This document shows, one piece after another, positions 8,722 to 17,639 of a stretch of DNA of 64,000 bases. The notes beneath the pieces were generated by a model. It was not told where the DNA came from. It did not search any database and saw only the letters and a list, made by a program, of their open reading frames with translations. Within the stretch, counting starts at the first letter, position 1. Every line of letters starts with the position of its first letter. The stretch comes from a virus (Duplodnaviria; Caudoviricetes): IMG/VR virus record IMGVR_UViG_3300023174_000037. The stretch is one strand, 5' to 3'. The translations under genes and the position numbers were made by a program.

Positions 8722-8817
8722 TTATCTTCGATTGTCAAAAAATATAAAAACTGCGGTCAATGCTAGAGCCAACGGCAAGTTAACAAAAGCCAATATAACT
8801 ACCAATAGCCAATGCAT
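8722..8817 (-). CDS. 31-aa hydrophobic microprotein
   Basis: MHWLLVVILAFVNLPLALALTAVFIFFDNRR; ATG overlaps the ligase stop (TAATG). Confidence 0.5.
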   Translation of the reverse strand: MHWLLVVILAFVNLPLALALTAVFIFFDNRR

Positions 8818-10196
8818 TATAATTTCTCACCGGCTTCAAATCCACGGAATCGAACAAATCGAGGAAATCTCAAACTGTATGATCCGTCTTGGTTTTGCGT
8901 AACTGCGTCAGCTTCAACTTCAATAACATCACCAAGTAACTGATCTCTTGCCAGCCAATACTCATCACGATTAGCATCAGACAAACCGCTACCAACATTA
9001 ACACGTATATTTCGATCATTGTCGACTCCTTCACAAATTATAGCACCCAAGCGGCCAAGATTGCGACCAGTGCCTTCTTCAAAACCAACTATATTGAGAT
9101 CTACTGTTATAGTAGGTTTCCATTTCATCCAAAAAGTGCTACGGCGACACTCGTATGGAGCATCGAGACTCTTGATCATGATACCTTCAAATCCTAAAGC
9201 CACTGCATCCTTGGCATACCGATTCATAATATCATGTCCTTCGGCCATACCCAGGTCTACAGTAATACCATCCATGATACGAACACAGTCAGTTGATTCA
9301 AATACACTACGGTATTCTTCTAGTATAGCCAAACGTTTATGTTGTTGGGCATTCCAAAAACCGCGTTCAAAGTCCACCAGTGGTACAACATCAAACACAC
9401 TGTAGGTCATGCCATCAGTTTTGACATCAGTCTTGCGTTGTGCCTGTTTCATTAGGGCTTGGAAACTCTCACCAATGATCTCGCCATCTAGCACAAATCC
9501 ATGCGGTGCAGATTGAAATAGTTTGGCAAATTTGTTTTTGATATCTTCGATCGCTTCCACAATCTGAGGGAAGTTATCAAACGGTTTACCATTACGGCTG
9601 TATAGATTAACTGTGGTCTTGGTCACAACTGCCAGCACACGCACACCATCTAGCTTTTGCTCAATACGTTTTTGACCAGTCATTTTGGCTGTGTGTTTTT
9701 CGCTGTCGGTGGCCAATTGGCAAGTAAACACAGGAATCTTCCATTCGGTATTGCCCAGCACTTTGTTAAGAGTTTTTTCACTGATGCCGCAACGTAGATC
9801 TTTGATAATAACTCTGCGACATAGGCCATTCCACTCCGCACTGTCAAACTGCTCACTCATAAATTCAATGGCAGTTTTGGCATTGTGCCCAGTAAGACTT
9901 CTAGTGCGTAGACCTTCCAACATGGCCCAGAACTTTGGCCACGGATTAGACTTACCGTCAAGCCCTTTGGTCTCAGGAACTTTTTTTACGCCAAACACAT
10001 AATAGGGGTTGTAGGCCTGAAAGCAGTTGAACAAGAAACATTGAGCATTTGATGACCCTAGCTTACTGGCCATCAATGCTTTTTCAATTACTGATTCTTT
10101 GTGTAAACGGCTGTCGCTTGATTCTAGGTCTCTGATCCAGTCTGCGGCCACTTTGATCTCATTAAATTGATCACTAGAAAAATTTATAGTGTTCAT
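8817..10196 (-). CDS. ATP-dependent DNA ligase
   Basis: EQKLDGVR adenylation motif, VLDGEI, FDVV, EGIMIK, WMKWK and a C-terminal OB fold ending SLRFPRF. Confidence 0.95.
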   Translation of the reverse strand: MNTINFSSDQFNEIKVAADWIRDLESSDSRLHKESVIEKALMASKLGSSNAQCFLFNCFQAYNPYYVFGVKKVPETKGLDGKSNPWPKFWAMLEGLRTRSLTGHNAKTAIEFMSEQFDSAEWNGLCRRVIIKDLRCGISEKTLNKVLGNTEWKIPVFTCQLATDSEKHTAKMTGQKRIEQKLDGVRVLAVVTKTTVNLYSRNGKPFDNFPQIVEAIEDIKNKFAKLFQSAPHGFVLDGEIIGESFQALMKQAQRKTDVKTDGMTYSVFDVVPLVDFERGFWNAQQHKRLAILEEYRSVFESTDCVRIMDGITVDLGMAEGHDIMNRYAKDAVALGFEGIMIKSLDAPYECRRSTFWMKWKPTITVDLNIVGFEEGTGRNLGRLGAIICEGVDNDRNIRVNVGSGLSDANRDEYWLARDQLLGDVIEVEADAVTQNQDGSYSLRFPRFVRFRGFEAGEKL

Positions 10197-10200
10197 GTAT

Positions 10201-10662
10201 TTACTCTGTTTTGTTAGATGCTAATTTACACACCAAAAGAAACTGATCGTACGCTTGTCGCACACTTGCATGTTGCATCAATTTATCAGCTTCTGCTTGC
10301 ATGGCCTTGACGCCTGCTTCTGCACAATCACGAATACATAAACCAGACAATGTGGCAAGTTCAGATCCAAATTCTTTGGCCAACTTTTCCCATGCTTTCT
10401 TTTGTCCCAACGTGATAGGAGTTTGTTGTGGACGTAATTCACTTGCCTTACGCATCACTTCGCAGATCGCTTCTTCTGCATACCGGCCGGCTGCAATCAT
10501 CGGAGCCAGAGCAGGGTCAATGCAAAAACGACGACTACTACCTCCGGGATAGCACATAACCAAGTGATTGCCCTTTGGAAAGCTATCCAAATAGTCGCTG
10601 TCATATTCTGCAACTGGAACATATCTACGACCTTTCTTTTCATAGTAAATCTTTTGGGTCAT
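10201..10662 (-). CDS. hypothetical protein
   Basis: 153-aa ORF tiling between its neighbours. Confidence 0.7.
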   Translation of the reverse strand: MTQKIYYEKKGRRYVPVAEYDSDYLDSFPKGNHLVMCYPGGSSRRFCIDPALAPMIAAGRYAEEAICEVMRKASELRPQQTPITLGQKKAWEKLAKEFGSELATLSGLCIRDCAEAGVKAMQAEADKLMQHASVRQAYDQFLLVCKLASNKTE

Positions 10663-10674
10663 TGCTAATTCAAA

Positions 10675-11388
10675 TTAGTTAGTAATGGTAATTTGTCCAA
10701 TTACAGCACCTGGCTTTTTCAAGGCTTCTGCACGACGAGCTTTATACTCTTCATTTTCTACTGGCAACAGATTAAGAGTAGTAGGTGTACCATCGGGTTG
10801 AATTACACTGACTGGTCGAGACGGTTGTGAAGGCACTGGTGTAACTTCAACACCGTTTTGTTCACGTGCCATTTCGTCGAGCTCTTTAAATGCTTCTTTG
10901 GCACTACGTTTAGTATTCTTGTTTGCATTGCCATTAAGTGACAAGGCAACCAGCACATAGGTACGAATACGATTGCCTTCAGCCACGTGTTTCATCTCTA
11001 CCGTTTCTACACCAGAGATATCTACGTCAGCACACATACTACGGACGGCCATTTCACTTGACTCTGTGCCGGCATCACCGTTGTCTGCACGATACAGTTT
11101 GGTCTGGCTACGCACTTTGCCGCCTGCGCTGGTACAAATCTTACTATATGCAATAGTCTTGGCCTTGATGTCAGCAAATCCAAAATCACTACTGGTAGCA
11201 GTTCCATTTTCAAACACATAGCCAGGAGCCTTGGGCAGTTTGCTCATCCATTCGGGGGCTTCTTTAATAGCCGCGGCCATTCGCGAAGCTTGTGGTGCTC
11301 CACTATTCTGAAGTTGTGCAGTGTTGTTGGTTGTGCCACAAGCAGTCAACATACCTGCTATTGCTGTTACTATCAATAATTTTTTCAT
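10675..11388 (-). CDS. lipoprotein, LPP20-like
   Basis: Signal peptide with lipobox LTAC; APEWM...GTATSSDFGFADIKAK...VRSQT resembles the LPP20 family. Confidence 0.7.
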   Translation of the reverse strand: MKKLLIVTAIAGMLTACGTTNNTAQLQNSGAPQASRMAAAIKEAPEWMSKLPKAPGYVFENGTATSSDFGFADIKAKTIAYSKICTSAGGKVRSQTKLYRADNGDAGTESSEMAVRSMCADVDISGVETVEMKHVAEGNRIRTYVLVALSLNGNANKNTKRSAKEAFKELDEMAREQNGVEVTPVPSQPSRPVSVIQPDGTPTTLNLLPVENEEYKARRAEALKKPGAVIGQITITN

Positions 11389-11422
11389 TCAATCACCTTT
11401 AAGGTTTGGTTACAATAACAAT

Positions 11423-11451
11423 ACTATACTACAAAGACTACCATTTGTCAA
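11423..11451 (-). promoter_or_regulatory. sigma70-type promoter
   Basis: TTGACA-17 nt-TATAGT upstream of the lipoprotein gene. Confidence 0.75.
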
Positions 11452-12025
11452 CCACTTGCCATTCGTTGTCGTGTATCTGACAAATAATGCCCTGCTGATG
11501 TCGAAGATCATTGGCTCGAACTATGGGTTCAGCAAACCAACGGCAGGTAGCATTATGATAAACAAATCGTTTTGGAAAATGTGGATGTGGTTTTACTTCA
11601 CTTTCTAATACCTTATCGCCCACTTCAACCTTGCGTATTTTGGGCAAGGTCTGGTCCGTGCATACCATATTCTGTTCCAACGACAAGGTCTTTCCATCAG
11701 CACGACTTAATATTTGAGTGCGTCCTTGATCCATTGCTCCTTTACAAAGCAAGGCCTCGCTTAGAGTTTTTGGCCCAACACTTTCACCTTCGGCTGTGAT
11801 CCATTCTCCATTTACCTGCGCTCTAAAATTCACTATACACTTGTTTTGTGTGGCCGAGATTGGCACCACCCAAGGTTTCACATCGGCTATGCTGGTAATT
11901 TTTATGGCTGTTTGATTGGTCATTGCTGACCTAACATAGCAATCTGCCTGTGCCTGTGCATTGGCCGATACGGCCATAGTCAATACAATTATCGGTTTGC
12001 GCCACATGCTGATCTCAATCCCCAT
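11438..12025 (-). CDS. secreted hypothetical protein
   Basis: Signal peptide ending ANAQA; six Cys in the mature part. Confidence 0.7.
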   Translation of the reverse strand: MGIEISMWRKPIIVLTMAVSANAQAQADCYVRSAMTNQTAIKITSIADVKPWVVPISATQNKCIVNFRAQVNGEWITAEGESVGPKTLSEALLCKGAMDQGRTQILSRADGKTLSLEQNMVCTDQTLPKIRKVEVGDKVLESEVKPHPHFPKRFVYHNATCRWFAEPIVRANDLRHQQGIICQIHDNEWQVVDKW

Positions 12026-12270
12026 AGTGCATTTTTCAATTTGGTGTAGTAATCTCGACCTTGCTCAGTGACTGGCCGAGTTTGATGATACTGGTTATAT
12101 TCTCTAATTCTTTCTTCGAGGAACCGGCGTTGACTGTCGCCATACAGGCAATCTGCTTTGAACGTGTCCATTGCATAGTAAGGCAACACGGCTGGTGTTG
12201 TTACTGTAGGTGTTTGAGTAGCGCACCCACTTAACACAACTGCGCCGGCAAGAACAATTTGTTTAATCAT
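11989..12270 (-). CDS. small lipoprotein
   Basis: Start moved to MIKQIVLAGAVVLSGC (lipobox LSGC). Confidence 0.65.
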   Translation of the reverse strand: MIKQIVLAGAVVLSGCATQTPTVTTPAVLPYYAMDTFKADCLYGDSQRRFLEERIREYNQYHQTRPVTEQGRDYYTKLKNALWGLRSACGANR

Positions 12271-12427
12271 TTTTCTGTTGGTGACGATATTCACGTTTAA
12301 GCCAAAATTTATACTTGGAAAAATATTCTTTAGCAGGGTAACGCACCGGCTGACCATAAGACTCAAGTTCATCCTTGTGCTCAAACCACTTTTCATTACA
12401 CCAATGTCGAAAAGAACCTGTTTTCAT
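12263..12427 (-). CDS. 54-aa hypothetical protein
   Basis: MKTGSFRHWCNEKWFEHKDELESYG...; start overlaps the upstream stop; below the track cutoff. Confidence 0.6.
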   Translation of the reverse strand: MKTGSFRHWCNEKWFEHKDELESYGQPVRYPAKEYFSKYKFWLKREYRHQQKND

Positions 12428-12624
12428 TTCTTTTCCATGATGTGTTTGATCACCACAGATGCTTCTGGAAAACCTTCTTTTTCTTTTCGGGCAACTGCCT
12501 CATCTATCATATCTAACTGTATGTCATGCAGGCCGGACACAAAAGTAAAGATTTGATCAGGCTTCATTGTGTAGCGAATGCTATATAAAGGTTTGCTGTT
12601 ATTAGGATTATAACTAAAGTTCAT
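12424..12624 (-). CDS. hypothetical protein
   Basis: 66 aa; TAATG coupling with the upstream ORF. Confidence 0.6.
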   Translation of the reverse strand: MNFSYNPNNSKPLYSIRYTMKPDQIFTFVSGLHDIQLDMIDEAVARKEKEGFPEASVVIKHIMEKK

Positions 12625-12776
12625 TACGCTGTTGCCTCGTCACAGTCACGGGCAAAAATACGAACTACATCTTCAAGGGTCACATAGTCTTTAAAGTAAA
12701 TGTAAGTGTCTTGAATGCTACGACCTTGGTCTTGCCAATCCATAATTTCAATTTCAATGTCTTTAAAAAAACCCAT
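12624..12776 (-). CDS. 50-aa hypothetical early protein
   Basis: MGFFKDIEIEIMDWQDQGRS...; SD AGGAG; sigma70 promoter directly upstream. Confidence 0.65.
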   Translation of the reverse strand: MGFFKDIEIEIMDWQDQGRSIQDTYIYFKDYVTLEDVVRIFARDCDEATA

Positions 12777-12801
12777 TTGCGACTCCTATGTTGTAGTTTA
12801 T

Positions 12802-12830
12802 ATTATATTAAAGTCTGCGAATTTTGTCAA
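12802..12830 (-). promoter_or_regulatory. sigma70-type promoter
   Basis: Exact TTGACA-17 nt-TATAAT. Confidence 0.85.
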
Positions 12831-13053
12831 TCAGCTTGTCAGCTTCTACAGTAGTTTCAATATCCATGCCCTTGCGGTATTGCTCTACCAATTCCATACG
12901 CATCATTTCTACAATACCTTCGCACTCGATCCGTTCGCGTTTGGGCAAGGTAGCAATGAACCGCTCCACATCGTTCCACTCTTCGATGCTCCACATGATG
13001 TCGGCCAACACTCGCTGGCGTTGGTTTAAACCGTCAAGTTTAATTTCAGACAT
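12808..13053 (-). CDS. hypothetical early protein
   Basis: Start MSEIK behind a GGAG SD. Confidence 0.65.
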   Translation of the reverse strand: MSEIKLDGLNQRQRVLADIMWSIEEWNDVERFIATLPKRERIECEGIVEMMRMELVEQYRKGMDIETTVEADKLIDKIRRL

Positions 13054-13054
13054 G

Positions 13055-13282
13055 TTATGCTCCAATCAATTCTTTTGCAATGGCCTGAGCCACTTTGGCC
13101 TTGCGGGTTTGGCGCTCATTATACGCCATCAACTGTTCTTGGAACTCAGTCCGGATCATCATGTCCAGGTAATCAGCACGGTCATTGTATCGTGCTACCA
13201 ATTCTTTAGCCAGTTGGTAAAGTGACTCATTGTTCAACAATGCAATCTCTACTGCCAACCCTTCGATGTGCTTACTTGCCAT
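13055..13282 (-). CDS. hypothetical early protein
   Basis: 75 aa, helical; TAATG coupling. Confidence 0.65.
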   Translation of the reverse strand: MASKHIEGLAVEIALLNNESLYQLAKELVARYNDRADYLDMMIRTEFQEQLMAYNERQTRKAKVAQAIAKELIGA

Positions 13283-13614
13283 TATGCGGCCTCCAACAAT
13301 TTTAATTCTGTGGTGCGATACTTGATCTCGCCATCATACTCGAGCTGACTTTGCTCAAAGTCTGTAAGGTAGTCGTCGGACTCAACTGACCAACCCAAAA
13401 TGTATTCGCGGAAACCTTCGTTGTCACACTCAATTTGACCGCGGAGAGCTTGAACCAGCTCGGCCAGAGCTTCTGGATTGCGTAGATGTGAGCCCAACGA
13501 ATATGAGTAATCATTGCCGCCCTTGAACTTCCAATACTGAGGGCACTCGCCTGCACCGTCCCAATCGTGAGCACCGTAGTTTTCCTGAATTTGGGTAGTA
13601 ATCATTAGCTTCAT
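13282..13614 (-). CDS. hypothetical early phage protein
   Basis: TQIQENYGAHDWDG..CPQYWKFKGG; SD AAGGAG; directly after a sigma70 promoter. Confidence 0.75.
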   Translation of the reverse strand: MKLMITTQIQENYGAHDWDGAGECPQYWKFKGGNDYSYSLGSHLRNPEALAELVQALRGQIECDNEGFREYILGWSVESDDYLTDFEQSQLEYDGEIKYRTTELKLLEAA

Positions 13615-13634
13615 TCTGGACTCCTTTTTAGTTT

Positions 13635-13676
13635 CTATACAAGTATTATAGCAAATTGGGCATTTTTGGTCAACCT
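13635..13676 (-). repeat. early promoter module, copy 1
   Basis: TTGACC-17-TATAAT; 41/42 identical to 13968-14009. Confidence 0.9.
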
Positions 13677-13947
13677 AGCTGTTTACTGTAGCAAACGGGC
13701 TAAAATCTTCAGTTTTTTGGTGTTGTTTTTCCGCAACAAAGTCGTAAGCATATTCGCCGGTGCTGAGTATTTTAGGAGTTATTTGAACACGGCCTACGCC
13801 ATAATTTTTACTCAACATGTGGAAAACCCGGCGAGCTTCTCGTTCGTTAATGCTACCTACGAATAAAGTGCCATTGCAAAATTCAGCTAGGTCATCTTGT
13901 TTAAGAGTGTTGGCTACTTGATTTAAAACAACTGATTCAAATCCCAT
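13675..13947 (-). CDS. hypothetical early protein
   Basis: Start MGFES behind AAGGAG; lies between two promoter repeats. Confidence 0.65.
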   Translation of the reverse strand: MGFESVVLNQVANTLKQDDLAEFCNGTLFVGSINEREARRVFHMLSKNYGVGRVQITPKILSTGEYAYDFVAEKQHQKTEDFSPFATVNS

Positions 13948-13967
13948 CGTCTGCTCCTTTATTTTCA

Positions 13968-14009
13968 CTATACAAGTATTATAGCAAATTGGGCATTTTG
14001 GGTCAACCT
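13968..14009 (-). repeat. early promoter module, copy 2
   Basis: TTGACC-17-TATAAT; 41/42 identical to copy 1. Confidence 0.9.
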
Positions 14010-14222
14010 TTTGGTTGTGGCGTTTTTACAACAAAAAACCCGGGATTTTACCCCCAGGTTTCTTGATATTTTTTTAACGCTAATTGTCTAGCTAGCCATA
14101 ATCTAAATTTTACATAGTCTGATAAATCATCTTCAATGACTTTACCAAATGCTTCTGCTCGTCGATTACGGCCATATGTGACCTCATCATCTAAGATGAG
14201 ATCACTGTCGTCTAATCCAAAA

Positions 14223-14453
14223 TTACTTCGCTGGAGTAGCGGCTTTTGCGTCTGCTTTAGCTGGCTCTTTCTTTGCAGGCTCACTTTTTGCAGGCTTCTT
14301 TTCGTCCTTTTTAGCTTCTGCCTTGGCTGGTGCTGGAGCAGATGCTGTTGCGGCCGGTGCTGCTGGCTTGGCTTCTTCTTTCTTAGCGGCAGGTGCCTGT
14401 GCGAAAGCGGATACTGCAAACAATGATGCGATTACAAGTGCGATTGATTTCAT
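14223..14453 (-). CDS. secreted Ala/Lys/Pro-rich low-complexity protein
   Basis: Signal peptide ending AFA, then PAAKKEEAKPAA-type repeats; SD AAGGA. Confidence 0.75.
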   Translation of the reverse strand: MKSIALVIASLFAVSAFAQAPAAKKEEAKPAAPAATASAPAPAKAEAKKDEKKPAKSEPAKKEPAKADAKAATPAK

Positions 14454-14468
14454 GGTATTTCCTTTTGG

Positions 14469-14771
14469 TTAGTTTGAAACAAGAACCAGTCTGTAGCAAT
14501 TACAGTTAGCATCAAGGATAGTTTCATAATGATATCCGTTTGGTGCCTGAGACTGATATATGTTAGGCGGCGGTTGCTGTATTACCACGGTCTGCGGTCT
14601 GGTGATCACATACCCTACTACGCCTCCTATCACAAGCGGGGCAACCCATCCGTAAAGATTGGAATGACCATGACGATGGTGGTGTGGATAGTAATGATTT
14701 GGATTCGCTTGACTTACCCCACTTACCAGTGTCAGACTCGCAAGAATTAAAGTTTGCAGTAGTTTGTTCAT
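14469..14771 (-). CDS. secreted His/Pro-rich small protein
   Basis: Signal peptide ending SQA, HHHRHGH, Gly-rich hydrophobic segment, C-terminal CNC; SD AGGAGG. Confidence 0.7.
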   Translation of the reverse strand: MNKLLQTLILASLTLVSGVSQANPNHYYPHHHRHGHSNLYGWVAPLVIGGVVGYVITRPQTVVIQQPPPNIYQSQAPNGYHYETILDANCNCYRLVLVSN

Positions 14772-14839
14772 ACATAATGCCTCCTAGCATACTATAATAA
14801 CGCCTAGGAACCGCAGTTAGTTGACACGTTTTGGTAAAA

Positions 14840-15826
14840 TTAAATAATCTTTTGGCCAGCTGCCTGAGCCACTGTGTATTGAGTAGTGCCCAAATCAGCT
14901 CGAGGTTCTGGATATTGATCGCTGATTGTGATGTCAGTCTGCATACCGGCCAAATTTAATCGATCTTGATTGCGAGATTCACGCATGGTGCTTATTATGG
15001 CTTGTCCACCTTGGGTATCAGTATTGGCTATGCTTTGTAACACATAAGCAGGGCCGCCCTCAACTACTTCCAATCCAGTTGACGCCAAATTGTAGACCAA
15101 ACTCCATGCCTGTTGCCCAGGAAGTAAATTGGCAAAATCTACACTGGCTAGTGCTAAATTGATATCCTGCGTTTGCAATTGATTGCATATGGTGTTGAAA
15201 TTAGCAGTGGTGTTGGCCACGTCGGTGAGATTAGCAGCAACAATGGTTCCCACGGTAGATACCATAGCTGGATTAAGGCCGCCGCTGAATGCATTGGCTA
15301 TGCTGGCGTTGGCTGTATTAGCTGGACCGTAAGTGCCTGCTCCAGGAAGACCTACAGGAATAGTGGTGTACCAGTCGCCTGGTGACATTGGATCTTCTGC
15401 GGTGTAGGTGCCCGCAATTGTGGTTTCCATCACAGTGTAAACGCCATTGCTGACGTTAGTTAGAGAATTAAAATCTCCAGACGAGGTCATATTGCCCAAG
15501 ATATTTGCAGTATTAGATATTTCACCAATGATATTGTAGCCTACAACACTGCCAATGACATCAGTCAACAGCAATAACCCTTGTGGACCAGATCCTGTGG
15601 CCAATGTTTCAGTAAAGTATGCTGTAACGTTGGCCGGTAATGGCCCGGTTAAATTATTAATATCATCAAGGCCAACGTTACTTTCCAATCCTTCTGTGGC
15701 TGCAGCTAACCCTGGAAGTTCGGTGTCAAAGATATTTTTAACCTGTTGCAGGCCGGCCTGCAACGCTTTACTAGCCAAGGCTTGGTCAGCTGGAATTATT
15801 TGTCGTAGTTGGCTGTAGGTGCTCAT
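14840..15826 (-). CDS. putative virion structural protein
   Basis: 328 aa, T/N/A/G-rich; in the same operon as PAAR. Confidence 0.65.
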   Translation of the reverse strand: MSTYSQLRQIIPADQALASKALQAGLQQVKNIFDTELPGLAAATEGLESNVGLDDINNLTGPLPANVTAYFTETLATGSGPQGLLLLTDVIGSVVGYNIIGEISNTANILGNMTSSGDFNSLTNVSNGVYTVMETTIAGTYTAEDPMSPGDWYTTIPVGLPGAGTYGPANTANASIANAFSGGLNPAMVSTVGTIVAANLTDVANTTANFNTICNQLQTQDINLALASVDFANLLPGQQAWSLVYNLASTGLEVVEGGPAYVLQSIANTDTQGGQAIISTMRESRNQDRLNLAGMQTDITISDQYPEPRADLGTTQYTVAQAAGQKII

Positions 15827-16791
15827 AATTGCGTTGGCATATTCTGTAAAGGATTACCGGTCAATGGTGCCAATACACTGGCAGGCAATTCTGTTTCTAA
15901 TCGACTGTTGACTGCACCAGCTGTGTTGATATAGATTCCACGTAGTCCATTGGCAGTAGGAGCAGTTAATGTATTGTAACTTCTTGGAAAGATTTTTACA
16001 GGATTTAACAAATCAGCCATGGTCACAAGGCCTGGAGTGGTTATGCGTAACAACTGTAATATCTGTTGCAGTTCAGTGCCAGTGATTTGTGTCATTGCTA
16101 TATAGATAAGACGTTGTTGTTGATCTGTAAAATCTGTGTTTTCAGGATCAGCTATAGCTGATTCAGGTATGCCAACATTTAACAATGCTGTGTTTAATGC
16201 TGGGGTTGTGTTGGTTACTGCGGCCAGCTGTCGCAACACTGCTGCCGGACTACCTATGCTGTTTAAATTGTTTAGGTCAATTAAAAATCCCAGCTGTGCT
16301 AAATCGGCTCCAAACGCAGCAAATGCCTGAGTGATTGAACTGACGCCGCCAGTTGATAAATTATCCTGTGATGTAAATCCTGTGGTGTTGGTAGGAGAGT
16401 TGGCGTTTATTGTGGTCTTGATCAGTTGATTGGTCTGACTAACAAAGGCCTGGGCCGAGTTAAATATCTGTTCAAATTTTCCAATATCACCATTGCCCAA
16501 TAGGTCGTTGTTAAAAGTAGTGATAGTGGATGTTAGTGTGGCATTTCCTAAATTGCTTTGATATGCAGAGGGGACAGCATCAGTCAATGCCGGAAACGTG
16601 TTGGCCACAATATTTTGATCAACATAACCTGACGCGGCTATGGCCAAAAATCTTTCAACCACTGTGGTCGAAGTATAACTTGAGATTGCATTTGTAAGAT
16701 CTGCATTGGCATCAATAGGGTATCCACCAACATTGCCCAAGATGCCTGCACCAGCAATAAGATTTACACTACTTAAGGTTCCGGTAGCCAT
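15823..16791 (-). CDS. putative virion structural protein
   Basis: 322 aa, T/N/A-rich; coupled to the PAAR gene. Confidence 0.65.
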   Translation of the reverse strand: MATGTLSSVNLIAGAGILGNVGGYPIDANADLTNAISSYTSTTVVERFLAIAASGYVDQNIVANTFPALTDAVPSAYQSNLGNATLTSTITTFNNDLLGNGDIGKFEQIFNSAQAFVSQTNQLIKTTINANSPTNTTGFTSQDNLSTGGVSSITQAFAAFGADLAQLGFLIDLNNLNSIGSPAAVLRQLAAVTNTTPALNTALLNVGIPESAIADPENTDFTDQQQRLIYIAMTQITGTELQQILQLLRITTPGLVTMADLLNPVKIFPRSYNTLTAPTANGLRGIYINTAGAVNSRLETELPASVLAPLTGNPLQNMPTQL

Positions 16792-17090
16792 TATAATGCC
16801 TTGACATTAGGGCTGCCCATCATGCGTTTATGTGAAAGGCAACTGTCTTTGCCGCCATCTAACACCAATGGTTGGCCATTGGCAAACACAGTTGAAGCTG
16901 TTCCAGCAACAGCAATTACACCAACACAGTGTATGGGAAATTTAGGATTACATCCTATGTGAGGAGTAAACGGTGTAAATGGAATTGCGGCAGGACGACC
17001 GTTGATCAACACATTGTTGTGGCCTGGGCCTACAGCAATGCCGCCGCCCGAACTTGGATCTCCTACACGTTGAACACCTTTACCCGGCAT
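16791..17090 (-). CDS. PAAR-motif spike tip protein (T4 gp5.4-like)
   Basis: VQRVGD, NVLINGRPAA, H/C metal ligands, TVFANGQP, GSPNV. Confidence 0.85.
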   Translation of the reverse strand: MPGKGVQRVGDPSSGGGIAVGPGHNNVLINGRPAAIPFTPFTPHIGCNPKFPIHCVGVIAVAGTASTVFANGQPLVLDGGKDSCLSHKRMMGSPNVKAL

Positions 17091-17094
17091 TGTA

Positions 17095-17397
17095 TTATCC
17101 CATTATAATTGATGGTTTACGCACTGCTTTGATACCAGTGGTTGCCTCTAAGTAATGATCACAAACTTCGTCTCGAGTTTGACAGATCATTGCTATTGCT
17201 GTTTTATTTATAGTCACATCTTCCTTGGGATTACCAGTAAACACGGTAAAAATTAATTGTATACCTTTTTCTGTGGGCACAGCACTAAGTGGCTGTGAAA
17301 CAATGTAACCATCATTGGTAATCTCAATGATTTTTCCAACCAATTCATCAGCATTAGTTAATTTAAATGTGTAAACTTTGTCTTTTTCTACTATCAT
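17095..17397 (-). CDS. hypothetical protein, possible Sm-like fold
   Basis: VYTFKLTNADELVGKI...IVSQPL beta-rich pattern. Confidence 0.65.
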   Translation of the reverse strand: MIVEKDKVYTFKLTNADELVGKIIEITNDGYIVSQPLSAVPTEKGIQLIFTVFTGNPKEDVTINKTAIAMICQTRDEVCDHYLEATTGIKAVRKPSIIMG

Positions 17398-17398
17398 G

Positions 17399-17623
17399 TT
17401 ATCCTTGTAAGTGTTGGCGCAATTCTGTAAATCCGCCTACTAATTTATCGTCTAAAAATATCTGTGGTAAGGTTCTTGCATTAGGCACTGCTTCCAATAA
17501 CTGATCTTTAGTCCAATTTTTGTTAATATTGCGCTCTTCAAACTCAATACCTTTTTGTTTTAATAGCCCTTTTGCTTGAACACAATATGGGCAGGAGTCT
17601 TTGCTCCATACAACTGCTTTCAT
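17399..17623 (-). CDS. glutaredoxin
   Basis: CPYC active site, TLPQIF, VGGF; next to NrdAB. Confidence 0.93.
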   Translation of the reverse strand: MKAVVWSKDSCPYCVQAKGLLKQKGIEFEERNINKNWTKDQLLEAVPNARTLPQIFLDDKLVGGFTELRQHLQG

Positions 17624-17639
17624 CGTTTTCTCCTTGATA

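Noticed and set aside
14821-14848. Plus-strand TTGACA as an antisense promoter
   Set aside because: No convincing -10 hexamer lies at 16-18 nt spacing.
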